From Mobula hypostoma (lineage: Eukaryota), in contig NC_086097.1 of NCBI RefSeq assembly GCF_963921235.1, positions 80,416,001 to 80,480,000 of the forward strand: DNA of 64,000 nt, read 5' to 3'. Below the pieces are notes generated by a model, which did no database searches, was not told the DNA's origin, and worked only from the letters and a program-made list of their open reading frames with translations. Shown in pieces: positions 50,001 to 64,000 of this stretch. Both the position numbers and the translations under genes were made by a program. How positions within the stretch are numbered: position 1 is the stretch's first letter; each line of letters opens with the position of its first letter.

Positions 50001-51615
50001 TTACAAAAATTAAAAAAGGATGGAGGTCTTGCTTTGCCTAATTTAAGAATGTATTATTGGGCGGTTAATATACGCTATGCGTGTTCTTGGTTATATTGGA
50101 CCGATAAAAATGAATGACCACCATGGGTTGATCCGGAATTGAAAGCTGTGAAACAATTTCACTTTAAGTTCATTCTTAGGAGCTTCTTTACCTGTACAAT
50201 TAGCCAAAATTTCTATTTTAAATGTAAATCCTATGATTAAGCAGTCATTACAAATTTGGTACCAGTTTCGTAAGTTTTTTAATCTTAAAAAATTTAACCT
50301 TTTTAGTTTAATTTATCGAAACAATTTATTTAAACCTTCACTTAGTGATCCTACCTTTTCTCTTTGGAGGAATAAAGAAATTTATTCCTTTATGGACTTG
50401 TTTCAAGAAGGCCGATTGATGTCCTTTGAGAGATTAGTAACTAAATACTCTCTTTCACACTCACACTTTTTGCAATATCTTCAGGTCAGAAATTTTTTAC
50501 AATAATATTTAAGTAATTTTCCATATATGCAAGATTCTGACCTGTTAGATATTATTTTAAAAATGAACCCTTTAGTGAAAGGTTTTATTGGGAAAATTTA
50601 TAATTTACTATTACAACAGGATAATTATTCTTTATTTAAGATTAAGCAAGTTTGGGAAAGAGAGCTTAACATGATCTTGATAACAGAGGATTGGTTGCGA
50701 AGTTTGAAGTTAGTTAACTCTTCTTCGATTTGCGCCAGTCATTCTCTAATTCAATCAAAAAGTGTACATCGTTATTATTTGATAAAGGAGAGACTGTCTA
50801 AAATATTTCCTAACGTTAATAGTCAGTGTGATAGATGTAAAACTGAGATAGCTACGTTAACACATATGTTTTGTTCGTGTTCTGTACTGAAACAGTTTTG
50901 GAAATCTAGTTTTTCTACAATTTCTAAAGCTTTAAAAATTAATTTACAACCTAATAAATTGACAGTTTTGTTTGGTGTAATTCCTCAATATATTCATGGT
51001 ATTTCTACATCAGACCAACATGTAATTGCATTTGTTACATTATTGGCTAGAAGGATTATCTTATTAAAATGGAAAGATGCTTCTGCTCCCACTTTGATAC
51101 AATGGTTCTCTCAGGTGATACTATGTCTTAGTTTGGGAAAAAATTAGAAGCCGAACTTTTGATCCTCAATTTGACTTTGAGAAAAGGTGGGGCTCTTTTG
51201 CCTGTTACTATCATTTGATTTGAGTTAATTAATATGGTTCCCTTCTGATTCTTGGGTAAATGGATTTGGTTGGCGGATTGATGTCTTTTTTTTATGGAAG
51301 CTTGTATGGTGTATAGCTCCGGGTTTGTGCTCCACATGGTTTTTCCTTTCTCATTTTTTTTTGTTAGCTGGGGTTTTTTTTTAGTTAGTAGGGGTTCTTT
51401 TTTCCTTCTTTCTTTTTTCCAAATAAAATAGCTTTAACATTTTGTTTTTTATAATTAATATTATTTATTGATATATTGTTTAGCTTGGTTAATAGTTTGA
51501 CTCTTCTTATACATATTGATATATTGACTTGATTATTTCAATGTTTTTTTTGTTGTCCATTTTCAATATTAATAAAAAGATTTAAAAATGAAATGAGAAA
51601 TGTATACAATACTCT

Positions 51616-51945
51616 GGATGACACAGTAGAGTAGCAGCTAGTGTAATGCTTTACAGCACCAGCGAATGGAGTTCAATTCCCATTGTTATCTGTAAATAGC
51701 ATGTACATTCTACCTGTGACCACATGGGTTTTCTCTGGGTGTTCCATTTTCCTCCCATTTCAACGGCACACAGGTTATTAAGGTGAGTAAGTTCTGGGCA
51801 CGGTATGTTGATGCTGAAAGCATAGTGACACTTGCAGGCTGCCCCAATACATATTCGGACTGTGTTGGTCATTGCTGCAAAACAAGCCATTTCACTGTAT
51901 GCTTTGATGTTCTGTACATGTGATAAATAAAGCTAGTCTAACCTA
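51616..51945 (+). mobile_element. tRNA-derived V-SINE (HE1-like)
   Basis: A/B-box-like head (GGAGTTCAATTCCC), V-domain (CATGGGTTTTCTCTGGGTGTTCCATTTTCCTCCCA) and an AATAAA tail. Confidence 0.7.
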
Positions 51946-54900
51946 ATCAATACCCACCATTGGTGTGGCCTCACCAATGATTTATACAACTGCAAAATAA
52001 TGTCCCTACTCCTAAACTCAACGTCCTGACAGATGAGAGTCAGCACTCCAAAAGCATTTTACATCACCCTTTCTACTTCCAGTGAACTGTGAACTCGTAC
52101 TCTCAGGTCCAACTTTTCCACAACCCTCTTCAAACTCCTACCCTGGTATCACCTCACACTTATCTAAGTTGAAAACCATTTGCCATTCCTCTGTTCATTT
52201 CTCGATCTGATCAAGATCCCTTTGCAACTCAGTGTAACCGGCATCATGATCAACAACACCCTCTAATTTAGTATCATCAGCAAACCTGATAACTGATTCC
52301 ACCTTGCTAGCCGCCACCCCCCCCCCCCACCGAATCCCATGCCACCTCACCTTCTGGACCAGCTTGGCATGCAGGACCTCGTCAAAGGTCCAGGTAGACA
52401 ACATCTACCGTCCTACCTTCATCTATTCCCTTCGATACCTCTTTGTAAAACTCAAAGATTCATCAGACATGATCTCCCACAAAATGATGCTGACTATTCT
52501 TGATCAAGCTTTGACATTCCAAGGGAGAGGAGATCTTATTCCTCAAATTCCCTCCAGAAACTTACTTACAAATGCATTTAGGCTCTCTAGTCTGTACTTC
52601 TCTGGTCATTCCTTGCCACCCTGCTTGAATAATGGAATAATGTTAGCCTCTTCCAGTTTTCTGGAACTTCATCCGTAGCTAATGATGAAGCAAATCTACA
52701 AATGGTACAAGGGCCTCTATCATTTCATTCCTGGTCTTCCATAAGGTCCATGGCTGCTCTTGGCCAAGCCCACTTTACTGTGCTTGAAGGCTGCAAATAC
52801 CTCCTTCTTCGTAATAACCATGACCTTACTACTGATGACCTCATTTCTTTGGCATCTGTGACATTCTTATTAGTAATTAGCAAGGAAAAATAGACATTAA
52901 AACTCTCAGCCATCTCCTGTGCTTCCAAGCACAGTCAGCCCTGATGGTTTTTAAAAGGATTTAGTTCCTATCTAGTCACTCTTTCACTGTTAATATAACT
53001 GAAGAACCTCTTGGGATTGTCTTAAATCCTGCCTACCAAATCCCTCTTGCCCTCGTTTTGTCCTCCAGATTTCCCTCCTAAGCCTGGTCTAAAACTTTTT
53101 AAATTTGAAGAGGGATTCTTCAATTCACATGTAATGTAGAAGTTCAAATCCTATATTACGTATAGATTGTAAAACCTGTTCAGTCAAGTATGAATTTTCT
53201 TCAGCAAGAAATTTATTACAATGCCTTCACAATCAATTAAGTGATCACAGAGGAATTTAGAGACAAACAATATTAGGTTATTGGTAAGAAACCCTGGCTC
53301 CTATGTTTGTGAGTAATCAAATTAGGTTCATAACATCGCAATAATAGCATATTTTCTATAAATATCTTCAACAGCTCGAGACTACATTGTTAATCCTATT
53401 TACCAAGCTGTCACAGAAAGGTCATATCGTGAGGATATGTCAAAAATTATTGACTAGACCAAGAAATGCCTCCAACTCTTGCATACTAATAGAAGCAGAT
53501 AGAAAAAAAACTCATTGCTTCCATCTCCTCCCCAACCTTCGGAGTACCAAACTTGTTACCCAATAAAACAAATATAATTCCAAACCCTGCAAAGATGAGA
53601 ATTTGAACAGAGATTTATTGTGGGCTGAACAGGAAAATCTCCCTCTAATTCATCTAAGACATTATGTGGTACCTTTTTTTTTCAGTTTCCATATCACAAA
53701 CAATGCAATGGGCATTGGGTTATCATCCCCTGGTGGTTCCTCAAAAGCTGAAGATCCACTTACATTCTCCAACCACTGGCTTATAGCAATTCATACCTGA
53801 AGTGCCTTCAATTACGCATTGAAATGGGTGGTAAATGCTTATGTCTCATGTCCATCACTGTCAAAACACTCTGGAGTTGTAACTTGGCAACATACACCCC
53901 CAATGCTATATTCCCTGTAGTTGTCTCTGTACAGATGTTTTCCCCGTACAGCAGTGAGCTCGTGTCCCATTGTTAAGAACTCACCAGCGTCTTAGAGCAA
54001 GTTCTGCAATTCTGCCACAAGAGCTCAGAAGCATTTATTTATTTTTATTTTTTTATTTATTGAGATGCAGTGCAGAATAGGCCCTTCTGGCCCTTTGAGC
54101 TGCACCTCCCAGCAGTGCCCCAAGTTTAGACCACAATGCTACCTCCTGCCCCAATATCAACTGTTTACCCCTTTTTGTTAAACCTCCCTCATTACAGTAA
54201 TGGTTCCTTCAGGCTCCGAAAATTGGAACAACTGCACTTAAGCTTTACCTTTTGGGAAGGTGGGTGCAGAAATATTTAACAGTTAGCTCTCCTCCAACTC
54301 CCATTTTGGTTTCTGTAAGGGGTGTAATTGACTAAAATGTGCTGGCTCAGCAGGCTAGCAAAGAATAAATTAAATTGCCAAGAGACTAAAATTCAGCAGG
54401 AGTGATGTTCACATTGCAGATTTGTAAATACTATAACCTATATCCTATATCCTATTGCTTCTGGAAATTGTCTTTGCTTCATATTGAAACATTTTTCACA
54501 TTTGAAGCTCTCTAACCTTTTAAGGAATGCTGATCAAAGTGAATTCCAGAACAATATGGACAGAGGCCGTTGAAAAGAAATGTCCAACATTCAAATCTTA
54601 CCCTTCTGTTTCGTGTGGCTCAGTTGATGCCCCACACTGTACTGAAGGAAGGTCATACTGTTGAAGTTGCACTCTTTTGGATTATATGCCAAACTGGTAC
54701 CCTAACTACTCTCCAGAGACATGAAGGATCTTGTTGCATTGCTATGAAGAAAATCAAGGAATTATCCTTCTATTCTGGCCAATGTTTATCCTTCAATCAA
54801 CATCACATTACAGTATCACTTTGCTGTAGATCAGACGTGCTGTCTGAATGTTAGCTGTGTACATTTGGACAGGTAGTACAATTTGAAAAGTATTTCATTG

Positions 54901-55734
54901 AAGAGCTTTGCAATCTTCTGAACCATGAACAATGATTTATAAATACATCTTCCTTTTCCCTTCTGATGAAAGAACCTAATTGCTATGGTGATAACTAAAT
55001 AGTTTTATTTCCAGACCCTAAGAGTATATCTGACATCGGACAACAAAGGTATGCCAGAAAAGAGCTATTGTAACAGAATGCTTATTCCTTTCAGGAGGCC
55101 TTTTAGCATTCACTTAATGATGTGAAACTACTATCAATATTAAAAGCAGGTTACGTTTGTGAGCCTCTCTCATGAAATTCTTACTTTTTCTGCACACAAT
55201 TCCTGTACATTAACATTATTTAGAAATCTCTGCAACTATATTGGCTTTTAACATTCAAAAAGCATATTTCAGGAGAATAATGGATATTAATGGCCTTCCT
55301 ACTCTAATGCTAACTTCAAAATAATGCTAAATCATTGAGCTCCACTATTAGATTGAAGCTACTGTCCGGGAAAAAGTCCAGAAAATGGGCATCAAAGTTT
55401 TTACCTATAGCACTTTTACTGGCCACTTTAAATATGCATATTGCGGTCCCATCCTGCTCATAAATTAATTTACAAATGGGACCTGGAGTTTGAATTTATG
55501 GCATTTATAATGGGCATTAAAGCAGTGATGGGCCTCTCAACAAGCAACACCCAAGCTGAAATATTTGGGCCCTTCAGGAAATCAAAGTTCAAGAAGTTCA
55601 AAATAAATTTATTATCAAAGTACATATGTGTCACCAAATACAACTCCGAGATTCATTTTCTTGCGGGCTTTCACAATAAATACATGAAGCACAGTAGAAT
55701 CAATGAAAAACCTCCCCCAACAGGATGGGAAAAC

Positions 55735-58502
55735 AACATAGAAACATAGAAAATAGGTGCAGAAGTAGGCCATTTGGCCCTTCGAGCCTGCACCGCTATT
55801 CAGTATGATCATGGCTGATCATCCAACCCAGAACCCTGTACCTGCCTTCTCTCCATACCCCCTGATCCCTTTAGCCACAAGGGCCACATCTAACTCCCTC
55901 TTAAATATAGAGAATGAACTGGCCCCAACTGTTTCCTGTGGCAGAGAATTCCACAGATTCACCACTCTCTGTGTGAAGAAGTTTTTCCTCATCTCAGTCC
56001 TAAAAGGCTTCCCCTTTATCCTTAAACAGTGACCCCTCGTTCTAGACTTCCCCAACATCGGGAACAATCTTCCTGTATCTAGCCTGTCCAATCCCTTTAG
56101 AATTTTATATGTTTCAATCAGATCCCCCCTCAATCTTCTAAATTCCAACGAGTACAAGCCCAATTCATCCAGTCTTTCATCATATGAAAGTCCTGCCATC
56201 CCAGGAATCAATCTGGTGAACCTTCTTTGTACTCCCTCTATGGCAAGGATGTCTTTCCTCAGATTAGGGGACCAAAACTGCACACAATACTCCAGGTGTG
56301 GTCTCACTAAGGCCTTGTACAACTGCAGTAGTACCTCCCTGCTCCTGTACTCGAATCCTCTCGCTATGAATGCCAGCATACCATTCACCTTTTTCACTGC
56401 CTGTTGTACCTGCATGCCCACTTTCAATGACTGGTGTATAATGACACCCAGGTCTCGTTGCACCTCTCCTTTTCCTAATCAGCCACCATTCAGATAATAA
56501 TCTGATTTCCTGTTTTTGCCACCAAACTGCATAACATCACATTTATCCACATTAAATTGCATCTGCCATGAATTTGCCCACTCACCTAACCTATCCAAGT
56601 CACCTGCATCCTCTTAGCATCATCCTCACAGCTAACACTGCCGCCCAGCTTCGTGTCATCCGCGAACTTGGAGATGCTGCATTTAATTCCCGCGTCTAAG
56701 TCATTAATATATATTGTAAACAACTGGGGTCCCAGCACTGAGCCTTGCGGTATCCCACTAGTCACTGCCTGCCATTCTGAAAAGGTCCCATTCATTCCCA
56801 CTCTTTGCTTCCTGTCTGCCAACCTATTCTCTATCCACATCAATACCATATCCCCAATACTGTGTGCTTTAAGTTTGCACACTCATCTCCTGTGTGGGAC
56901 CTTGTCAAAAGCCTTTTGAAAATCCAAATATACCACATCCACTGGTTCTCCCCTATCCACTCTACTAGTTACATCCTCAAAAAATTCTATGAGATTCTTC
57001 AGACATGATTTTCCTTTCACAAATCCATGCTGACTTTGTCGGATGATTTCACCACTTTCCAAATGTGCTGTTATCACATCTTCAATAACTGACTCTAGCA
57101 TTTCCCCCACCACTGATGTCAGGCTAACCGGTCTATAATTCCCCGGTTTCTCTCTCCCTCCTTTTTTAAGAAGTGGGGTTACATTAGCCACCCTCCAATC
57201 CTCAGGAACTAGTCCAGAATCTAAAGAGTTTTGAAAAATTATCAGTAATGCATCCACTATTTCTTGGGCTACTTCCATAAGCACTCTGGGATGCAGACCA
57301 TCTGGCCCTGGGGATTTATTTGCCTTTAATCCCTTCAATTTACCTAATATCACTTCCCTACTAACATGTATTTCCCTCAGTACCTCCATCTCACTAGACC
57401 CTCTGTCCCCTACTATTTCCGGAAGATTATTTATGTCCTCCTTAGTGAAGACAGAACCAAAGTAGTTGTTCAATTGGTCTGCCATGTCCTTGTTCCCCAT
57501 GATCAATTGACCTGTTTCTGATGGTAAGGGACCTACATTTGTCTTAACCAATCTTTTTGTTTTCACATATCTATAAAAGCTTTTACAGTCAGTTTTTATA
57601 TTTCCTGCCAGTTTTCTCTCATAATCTTTTTTCCCTTTCCTAATTAAGCCCTTTGTCCTCCTCTAATGAACTCTGAATTTCTCCCAGTCCTCAGGTGTGC
57701 CACTTTTTCTGGCTAATTTGTATGTTTCTTCTTTGGAATTGATACTATTCCTAATTTCCCTTGTCAGCCACGGGTGCACTACCCTCCCTGGTTTATTCTT
57801 TTGCCAAACTGGGATGAACAATTGTTGTAGTTCATCCATGCGATCTTTAAAAGCTTGCCATTGCATATCCACTGTCAACCCCTTAAGTATCATTTGCCAG
57901 TCTATCTTAGCTAATTCACGTCTCATACCTTCAAAGTTACCCTTCTTTAAGTTCAGAACCTTTGTTTCTGAATTAACTATGTCACTCTCCATCTTAATGA
58001 AGAATTTCACCATTTTATGGTCACTCTTACCCAAGGGACCTCTCACAACAAGATTGCTAATTAACCCTTCCTCATTGCTCAATATCCAGTCTAGAATGGC
58101 CTGCTCTCTAGTTGGTTCCTCGACATGTTGGTTCAGAAAACCATCCCGCATGCATTCCAAGAAATCCTCTTCCTCAGCACCCTTACCAATATGGTTCACC
58201 CAATCTATATGTAGATTGAAGTCACCCATTACAACTGCCGTTCCTTTATTGCACGCATTTCTAATTTCCTGTTTAATGCCATCCTCAACCTCACTACTAC
58301 TGTTAGGTGGCCTGTATACAACTCCCACCAGCGTTTTCTGCCCTTTAGTGTTATGCAGCTCTACCCATATCGATTCCACATCCTTCCAGCTAATGTCCTT
58401 CCTTTCTATTGCGTTAATCTCTTCTCTAACCAGCAATGCTCCCCCACCTCCTTTTCTTTCATGTCTATCCCTCTTGAATATTGAATATCCCTGAATGTTG
58501 AG
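55735..58502 (-). mobile_element. Young CR1 LINE with most of ORF2 (EN + RT) and few disruptions
   Basis: ORFs 57663-58568 (EN), 56883-57566, 56586-56882 and 55819-56463 (RT). (CATAGAAA)n tail. Confidence 0.92.
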
Positions 58503-58852
58503 TCTTATTCTGATTTTGATCTGAGATGTAAATTTCAAAAATGTTATTTTCAATTGTACATGATACATTTATTCAACTTAAACACATCTGTTGCTTACAG
58601 ACCAAATTATTTAAATCGTCCAGATATTGATACAAACTGTGGCTATATCTGCCAATATAAGTCAGTGCCATCTCAAGTTTAATAATTTAAGCAAAATTTT
58701 CAATCACATTACCATCTAAATAATGTGAACTGCAGCATCCCAGAACAATTCCCAGAAGAGCTGTTCAACGTGCCAGCTTCCGATCAGTCTATTTTTAATT
58801 ATGTTCTTTGTTTGGTGGAGAAGTCAATTTCCAATCCATATGGAGTCACTCG

Positions 58853-59087
58853 ATACTGCAGATGAAAAAAAAAGGGCTGCTGGAGGAACTCAGCAGATCA
58901 GGCAATGTCTGTGGAGGCAAAGGGATATATGGCATTTTTAGTCAAGACCCTGCATTGGGACTGGAATTGTAAAGGGGAGATAGGCAGTATCAAGACTTTA
59001 TATTGGATATCTCCTCTTCATACTATCAGTCCTGAATATGCATCTTAACTGGAAATATTTACCATCTCTTTGCCTTCACAGATGCTA
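58853..59087. repeat. Decayed Penelope-like hairpin repeat
   Basis: CTGCAGATG..GCTGGAGGAACTCAGCAG..TCTGTGGAGGCAAA pairs loosely with TTTGCCTTCACAGATGCT. Confidence 0.5.
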
Positions 59088-59351
59088 TAAACATTATTCC
59101 TTTTTAAAAACATCACACAAAATGTTATTACACAGAAAGATCCTGTACTGTAAATCGTTAATTATTTCCAGTACTGAATGAGAGGATCCTCACGGGTTCA
59201 TTGTCTGTTCAGAAGTCTGATAATGGAGGGGAGGAAGCTGTTCCTAAAATGCTGAGTATGAGTTTTCAGGCTCCTGTATCTTATCCTTGATGGTAGTAAC
59301 TCAAAGAGAGCATTACCCCGGTGGGGTCCTTAATGATTGACGCCACATTCT

Positions 59352-59640
59352 TCTGCAACTGTGTTACCATCCTTGTGATGTCACTGCCCCACGTCTTTTA
59401 TATCCCTCCCTGTCCCCTTTGGAATATCTAAACCCTGGAACATTCAGCATCCTTTCCTGCCCTTGTGACAGCCAAGTCTCCATAATGGTCACAACATTGT
59501 AGCTCCATGCACTGACCCACGATGTAAGTTCATAACACTTGTTCCTGATATACCTTGCATTAAAATAGATATGCTTCATCCCATTGAACTGACTGCAATT
59601 TTGCCCTATCAACTGCTTATCCTTCCTCACAGTCTCTCTT
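59352..59640 (-). mobile_element. CR1 EN N-terminal fragment
   Basis: IYFNARYIRNK..ETWL..VPGFR. Confidence 0.7.
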
Positions 59641-59644
59641 AATG

Positions 59645-60715
59645 TTGCATCTGCCTTTATGCAAACTGCTCCAATATGCTTACCAACAGAACCGCTCTAC
59701 AACAGATACCATAGCATCTGTCATGCACCTGGCCCTAGCACACCTAAAAAAGAATGACACTTATGTCAGAATGCTAATTCTGGATTTCAGTTCAGCATCC
59801 AACACTGTTTTACACAGATCTTGGTGAACAAACTTCTACTCCTCGGTCTAAATACACCACTGTGCAACTGAGTGTCGGACTTCCTAACCAGCAGACGTCA
59901 GACAATCATGAGACACAACCGCTCCTCCCTCCCCATCATCCACAAGAAGGGTGCCCCAGGGCTGTGTGCTGAGCCCACTGCTGTACACTCTGCTCATCCA
60001 TGACTGCCCGGCCAAACACCTGACATTGTCTAGTTTGCCGATGACACAACATTGGTGGGGCTCATCACCAACAATGATGCGCAGCCTGCAGAGAGGAAGT
60101 GGAAAAGTTTGAGGCCTAGTGCCAGGGAAATAACCTCTTCCTCAGCGTCAACAAGACTAAGGAGATTATTGATCTCCGGAAAACACACACCACTCACACC
60201 ACGACATATTGGTGGCACTGCTGTGGAATCTGAGAGCAGTTTCAAAATCTTGGGAGCACATATCTTGGACAACCTCTCATGGTCTCAGAGCACATCCTAA
60301 AAAGTCAAGTAAGCTCACCAATGCCTCTACTTTTCTGAGGGGGCTGAAGAGAGCTGCACAATGCACTTCAATACTCAAGATCTTCTACAGAAGCACTGTT
60401 TAGACCATCCTAACATACTGCATTCCTGTGTGGTGCGGAACCAGCTCTGCAGCGGACAGCAGGGCTCTACAACGGGTAGTTAAAACTGCCCAACGCATCA
60501 GTGCCTAGATATACAGCCTACCCACCATCAAGGGAATACTGTATATCTGCAGAAGGATAGCAGAAAAAGGCTAGTGATATTATAATGGATCCTATCCACC
60601 CTGCTTATGAACTGTTTGTCCCAGAGCCTGCACAGTATCCACTCCAGGACCACTAGACTCAAAAACAGTTACTTCCCACAAGCCATCAGACTAACCAGCA
60701 CCTCCGACCATGAAC
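59645..60715 (+). mobile_element. Degenerate Rex1/Babar LINE (RT and 3' end)
   Basis: LQYAYQQNRST, YVRMLILDFSSASNT, PQGCVLSPLL, FADD, RTTRLKNSYFPQAIRL. Confidence 0.8.
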
Positions 60716-61524
60716 CCGCCCCCCCCACCAGCCTCACCACCACTATATCAGCATCAGCCACACCTCTCCACAGCATGTCAGCACCCGTCATCCCCCTATG
60801 CACTGCCACTTTACGCCTACACTCCACACCTCATATACCTACACTGACACAATCACTGTCCTACTTTCTTTCCATCTGCCCTTCTGCTACCTGGAAGAGC
60901 TTCTCTTGCCAAGAGTCACTTAATCATTTCCTGTCAGAGTCACCTTATGTTCAGATACTCCGGCCCCTAGTGTCCCTGGTATAATAATAATAATAAGGTA
61001 TAAGGTATCTATTGAGATATATGAGCTACACCTTAACACACTTAATCTCTCTCCTATATACTGATTCATCACCACATTTGATTCAGCTTATGACAGTGGT
61101 GTCATTAGCAAACTTAAACATGGCATCAGAGCTGTGCTTAGCTACACAGTCATATATGGAAAGTGAATAGAACAGGGTCTAAGCACACAGTCATGTGGTT
61201 CACCTGTGCTGATGGAGGCTGACTTTCACCAATCCTCATTGAAGCCTCTTGAACCAATGTCTCGAGCCACTCTAACATAACCCGCTCCAATAATGGCCGC
61301 TTCCACAATGGCTACTCTGATTAACCCTCAACTCTGTTTACTGGCCCTTGTCAAGTGCCTAATTAAACAATGATCTCAACCCGCCGAATATCCTGACTGG
61401 CCCCGCACACTTTTTCAAAGCTTAAGCTCAAATTCCACAAACCAATGGCTCTGCAAATTGCAAGAGTGTCAATTATAGGAGGGTCTGTGGTGAGTTGCAG
61501 TTTCTGACATCAAGCAACCTTTTT

Positions 61525-61825
61525 CCTGTAAGGTTGGGTGAGACTAGAACCAGAGGTCACCGGTTTTGGGTGGTAGGTGAACTATTCAAGGGTAGTTTGA
61601 GGGTGAGTTTCTTCACTCAGACGGTGGAATAAGCTGCCAGCATAAGTGGTTTATATGGGTTCATCTTGTAACATTTAAGAGAAGTTTGAATAAGTGCATG
61701 GATGAGGTAGGTTTGGAGATCTATGATCAGGGTACAGGTAAATAGGACTAGGTAGAAGACCAAGCTGGCACAGACTAGATGGGCCAAATGGCCTGTTTTG
61801 TGCTGTAGTTCTTTATGATTCTATA
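61525..61825 (+). mobile_element. CR1 3' fragment
   Basis: TRTRGH..FFTQ..WNKLP-like remnant plus CR1 3' UTR (GGGCCAAATGGCCTG, TCTTTATGATTCTAT). Confidence 0.65.
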
Positions 61826-64000
61826 ACCATTCTTCAGCTGTCAAATTCTGAACTTATTTAGGATACTTCTTTACAGACAAAAATAGAATTACATGAGGTC
61901 AAAGGTAATCACAATAATCTAGAGTTCATCTTCTGCTAAAATTGGGTTCTCACAAAATTATATATGACAATGTGAATTTTCAAACCACCCCAGATTAGAT
62001 GAATACCGTAAGCAGGTGCTTCTTGATATGTCCCAAGTTAAAAGGTTGAGAAATCTATAGTGATCATCTAACAACTACCTGTGTGCTTTAACTATCTGTT
62101 ATAAATGTCACCCATTGATTTACGTCACTGTATTCTGACTTACTTGTGCATACAGAAGGTGCACTTTATGTTATAGAATCAGATGCCTTCAGAAAATATG
62201 ACCAAATATTTGGACTCTTGTTCCACATTTAGAGCAATGTTCAGTATTTGGATGCTGAAGCCTTTACATGGTAGAAAGAAAGAACAAACTCAATTTCTCA
62301 GTTAATACCCAATAGGGCAAGTCATCAAGCTGTACAATACTCACACTGTAAATGATAAAGAATTCAGCCAGAAATGGTAAACAGGATGATGTGGCATCAA
62401 GTCAATAAATATTGTGTTATCTCATTCTCTTTGGTACAATTATATTTATAAAAACATTTACAACAAATAATATATAATAATGGGTTATATTTTGCAATGT
62501 AATTAAGAGCGGTTGGAATTAGTTTGACCATAGTGTTAGGTTTCTAAGCACTTTTTGTTTGCTTTGCAAGTTGTGGAAATTATAAACAGACAACAGTATG
62601 AGAAAACTGGGATCTGGGACATGAATAAACAAGAAGACAAACTGTGTACTTCTTTAACTAATCAGATTTATGTAGATAGTCCACTTAGAAGCATAGAACA
62701 GTTGAATGCAAGGTAGCATACAGAAAGAGAAATTGGTGTAGAAAAATTAAATCAGGTGAAAGAAAAACAAAGACAGAAATCTAAAAAACAAGTGTGTTTT
62801 AAAATACAACATCTTAAAACTTTCCCCCAAAGCATTTGCACCAGGTCTGGTTAATTTCTAGTGTTGGGAAAGTGGTGCAGAGATGGCATTGAAGTAGGGT
62901 TAAGCCCTAATATTGGGACTATGCCAAACACCCTGGTATCAAATCTCATAGTCCAACCATGAAGTCCAGGTGAAAACAGTCAGCCTCACTCCAAAAGGAT
63001 GCTAGAGTCCAGTGATGTGGCCTCTGGTCTCACAGGGAGAAGACCTATCATTAAACTATACATTTGTCTTCAGGAGACTTTAAGAAAATGAGGGAATTCA
63101 AGATAAAAATTGGGAAATCAATTAATATTTGAATCTTTAATAAACAACTAAAACACATAAACAATTAAACTCTAAAAAAGAACATTTTTTTCTTAGTATC
63201 TAACTTTCCCTCCATGCCTCTCACATTTTTCTCTTTCAATCCCTATTGAAGTCAATCAGGCTTCCAGATCCTGAACTAGGTAAGGGGTGGGCAGCTCTCT
63301 TACGGTGCTGAATTCATAAGATGATTCCTTAGGGTGAAGCTGGGTAAACTCAGCAAGTTTGGGCTTCACTGCTGACCTCCAGGTGGAATCCAATTGGGGA
63401 ATGAAATATCAGATTTAGGCTTTTCAATCTGTCAACTCAATTTTAAATTTTCATGTCTGACAGTGCCCATTCCTGGGTTTGGGACTTTCTGCAGCTTTTA
63501 CAGCTGAACTTTAGTGATCCTGGTCAGAACTGCCAGCAATAGCCAGCAAGATCAGCCCATTACCTCAAAGGTTTGGGAAGGAGCATTGATGTGCAAAGTC
63601 TATGGAGCATGAATCTTTTGCTTGAATGCAGGATAAAATCTAACTTTTTTTGCCATACTTGTGGAAAATAAATGTATGCACTGGAACTGGACCCACTGAT
63701 GCATGTTTTGATCCATAGAAATATTATTTTGCCAATATTATATAATGTTAGTAATCACATCCAGATCATAAGTAAAACTGGCTTAGTGCACTGGACATTT
63801 GTGCAGCTTGAGACACATCCAATGACATTAATCAATGTTCATTAGTCATGCAGTATTTAATGACCTTATGCAATGTACACGCTCCGTTTCCAATTTTATC
63901 CACAGAAATTGGCTGTTAATAAGGCAGCATAATGACTTTCATTTATAGCCTCCAAGAAACCAGGGAACAAACCATTTAGCAGGTTTGCAAGAAGGTGTGA

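Larger units (their letters stand above)
43725..51595 (+). mobile_element. Full-length but inactivated L1-clade LINE
   Basis: 5' GGGGCTTCCG start. ORF1 at 43857-44651 (RWNNIRI..EGSE, IERAHR, ICFYEDY, YPARLK). ORF2 at ~47423-51200: EN (ISWNVRG, NLYGPN, SDHAP), RT (KAPGLDG, DAEKAFDRV, YADD) and C-terminal CDRC..HMF.SC. AATAAA at 51571. 15-bp TSD AGAAATGTA(C/T)ACAAT at 43710-43724 and 51596-51610. Confidence 0.92.
43235..53120 (-). mobile_element. Old CR1 LINE split by a full-length L1 and a V-SINE
   Basis: CR1 3' part at 43235-43724 continues at ~51955-53120 (FADDTKLEGVVD, TFDEVLH). Confidence 0.65.

Noticed and set aside
57697..58494. 265-aa plus-strand ORF
   Set aside because: Antisense shadow of the CR1 endonuclease ORF.
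1..64000. CRISPR arrays, rRNA/tRNA genes or prokaryotic operons
   Set aside because: None seen. The tRNA-like boxes belong to SINE heads and the sequence is vertebrate repeat DNA.

Overview
A eukaryotic, repeat-saturated window, most likely from a cartilaginous fish such as a ray or shark. That assignment is inferred from the repeat mix: CR1 LINEs with (CATAGAA)n/(CATAAGA)n tails, V-SINEs, Rex1/Babar, Tx1/L1 and Penelope-like hairpins. No host protein-coding exon could be supported. Most of the window is nested, mostly dead transposable elements: many CR1s, a full-length L1 with a TSD, Rex1/Babar, RTE, Tx1, a HERO-like element, two hAT DNA transposons, two solo LTRs and two Ty3/Gypsy LTR elements. 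The standout is a compact ~4 kb Gypsy element at 35720-39701 (minus strand; paired LTRs, ACTA TSD, PBS, PPT, PNMA-like gag). Its pol ORF runs from protease and partial RT, in frame, into three stitched-together pieces of a sarcomeric myosin heavy-chain rod, where RNase H and integrase would normally be. This looks like host mRNA capture by an LTR retroelement. Family assignments are from motif recognition only; no database searches were run.
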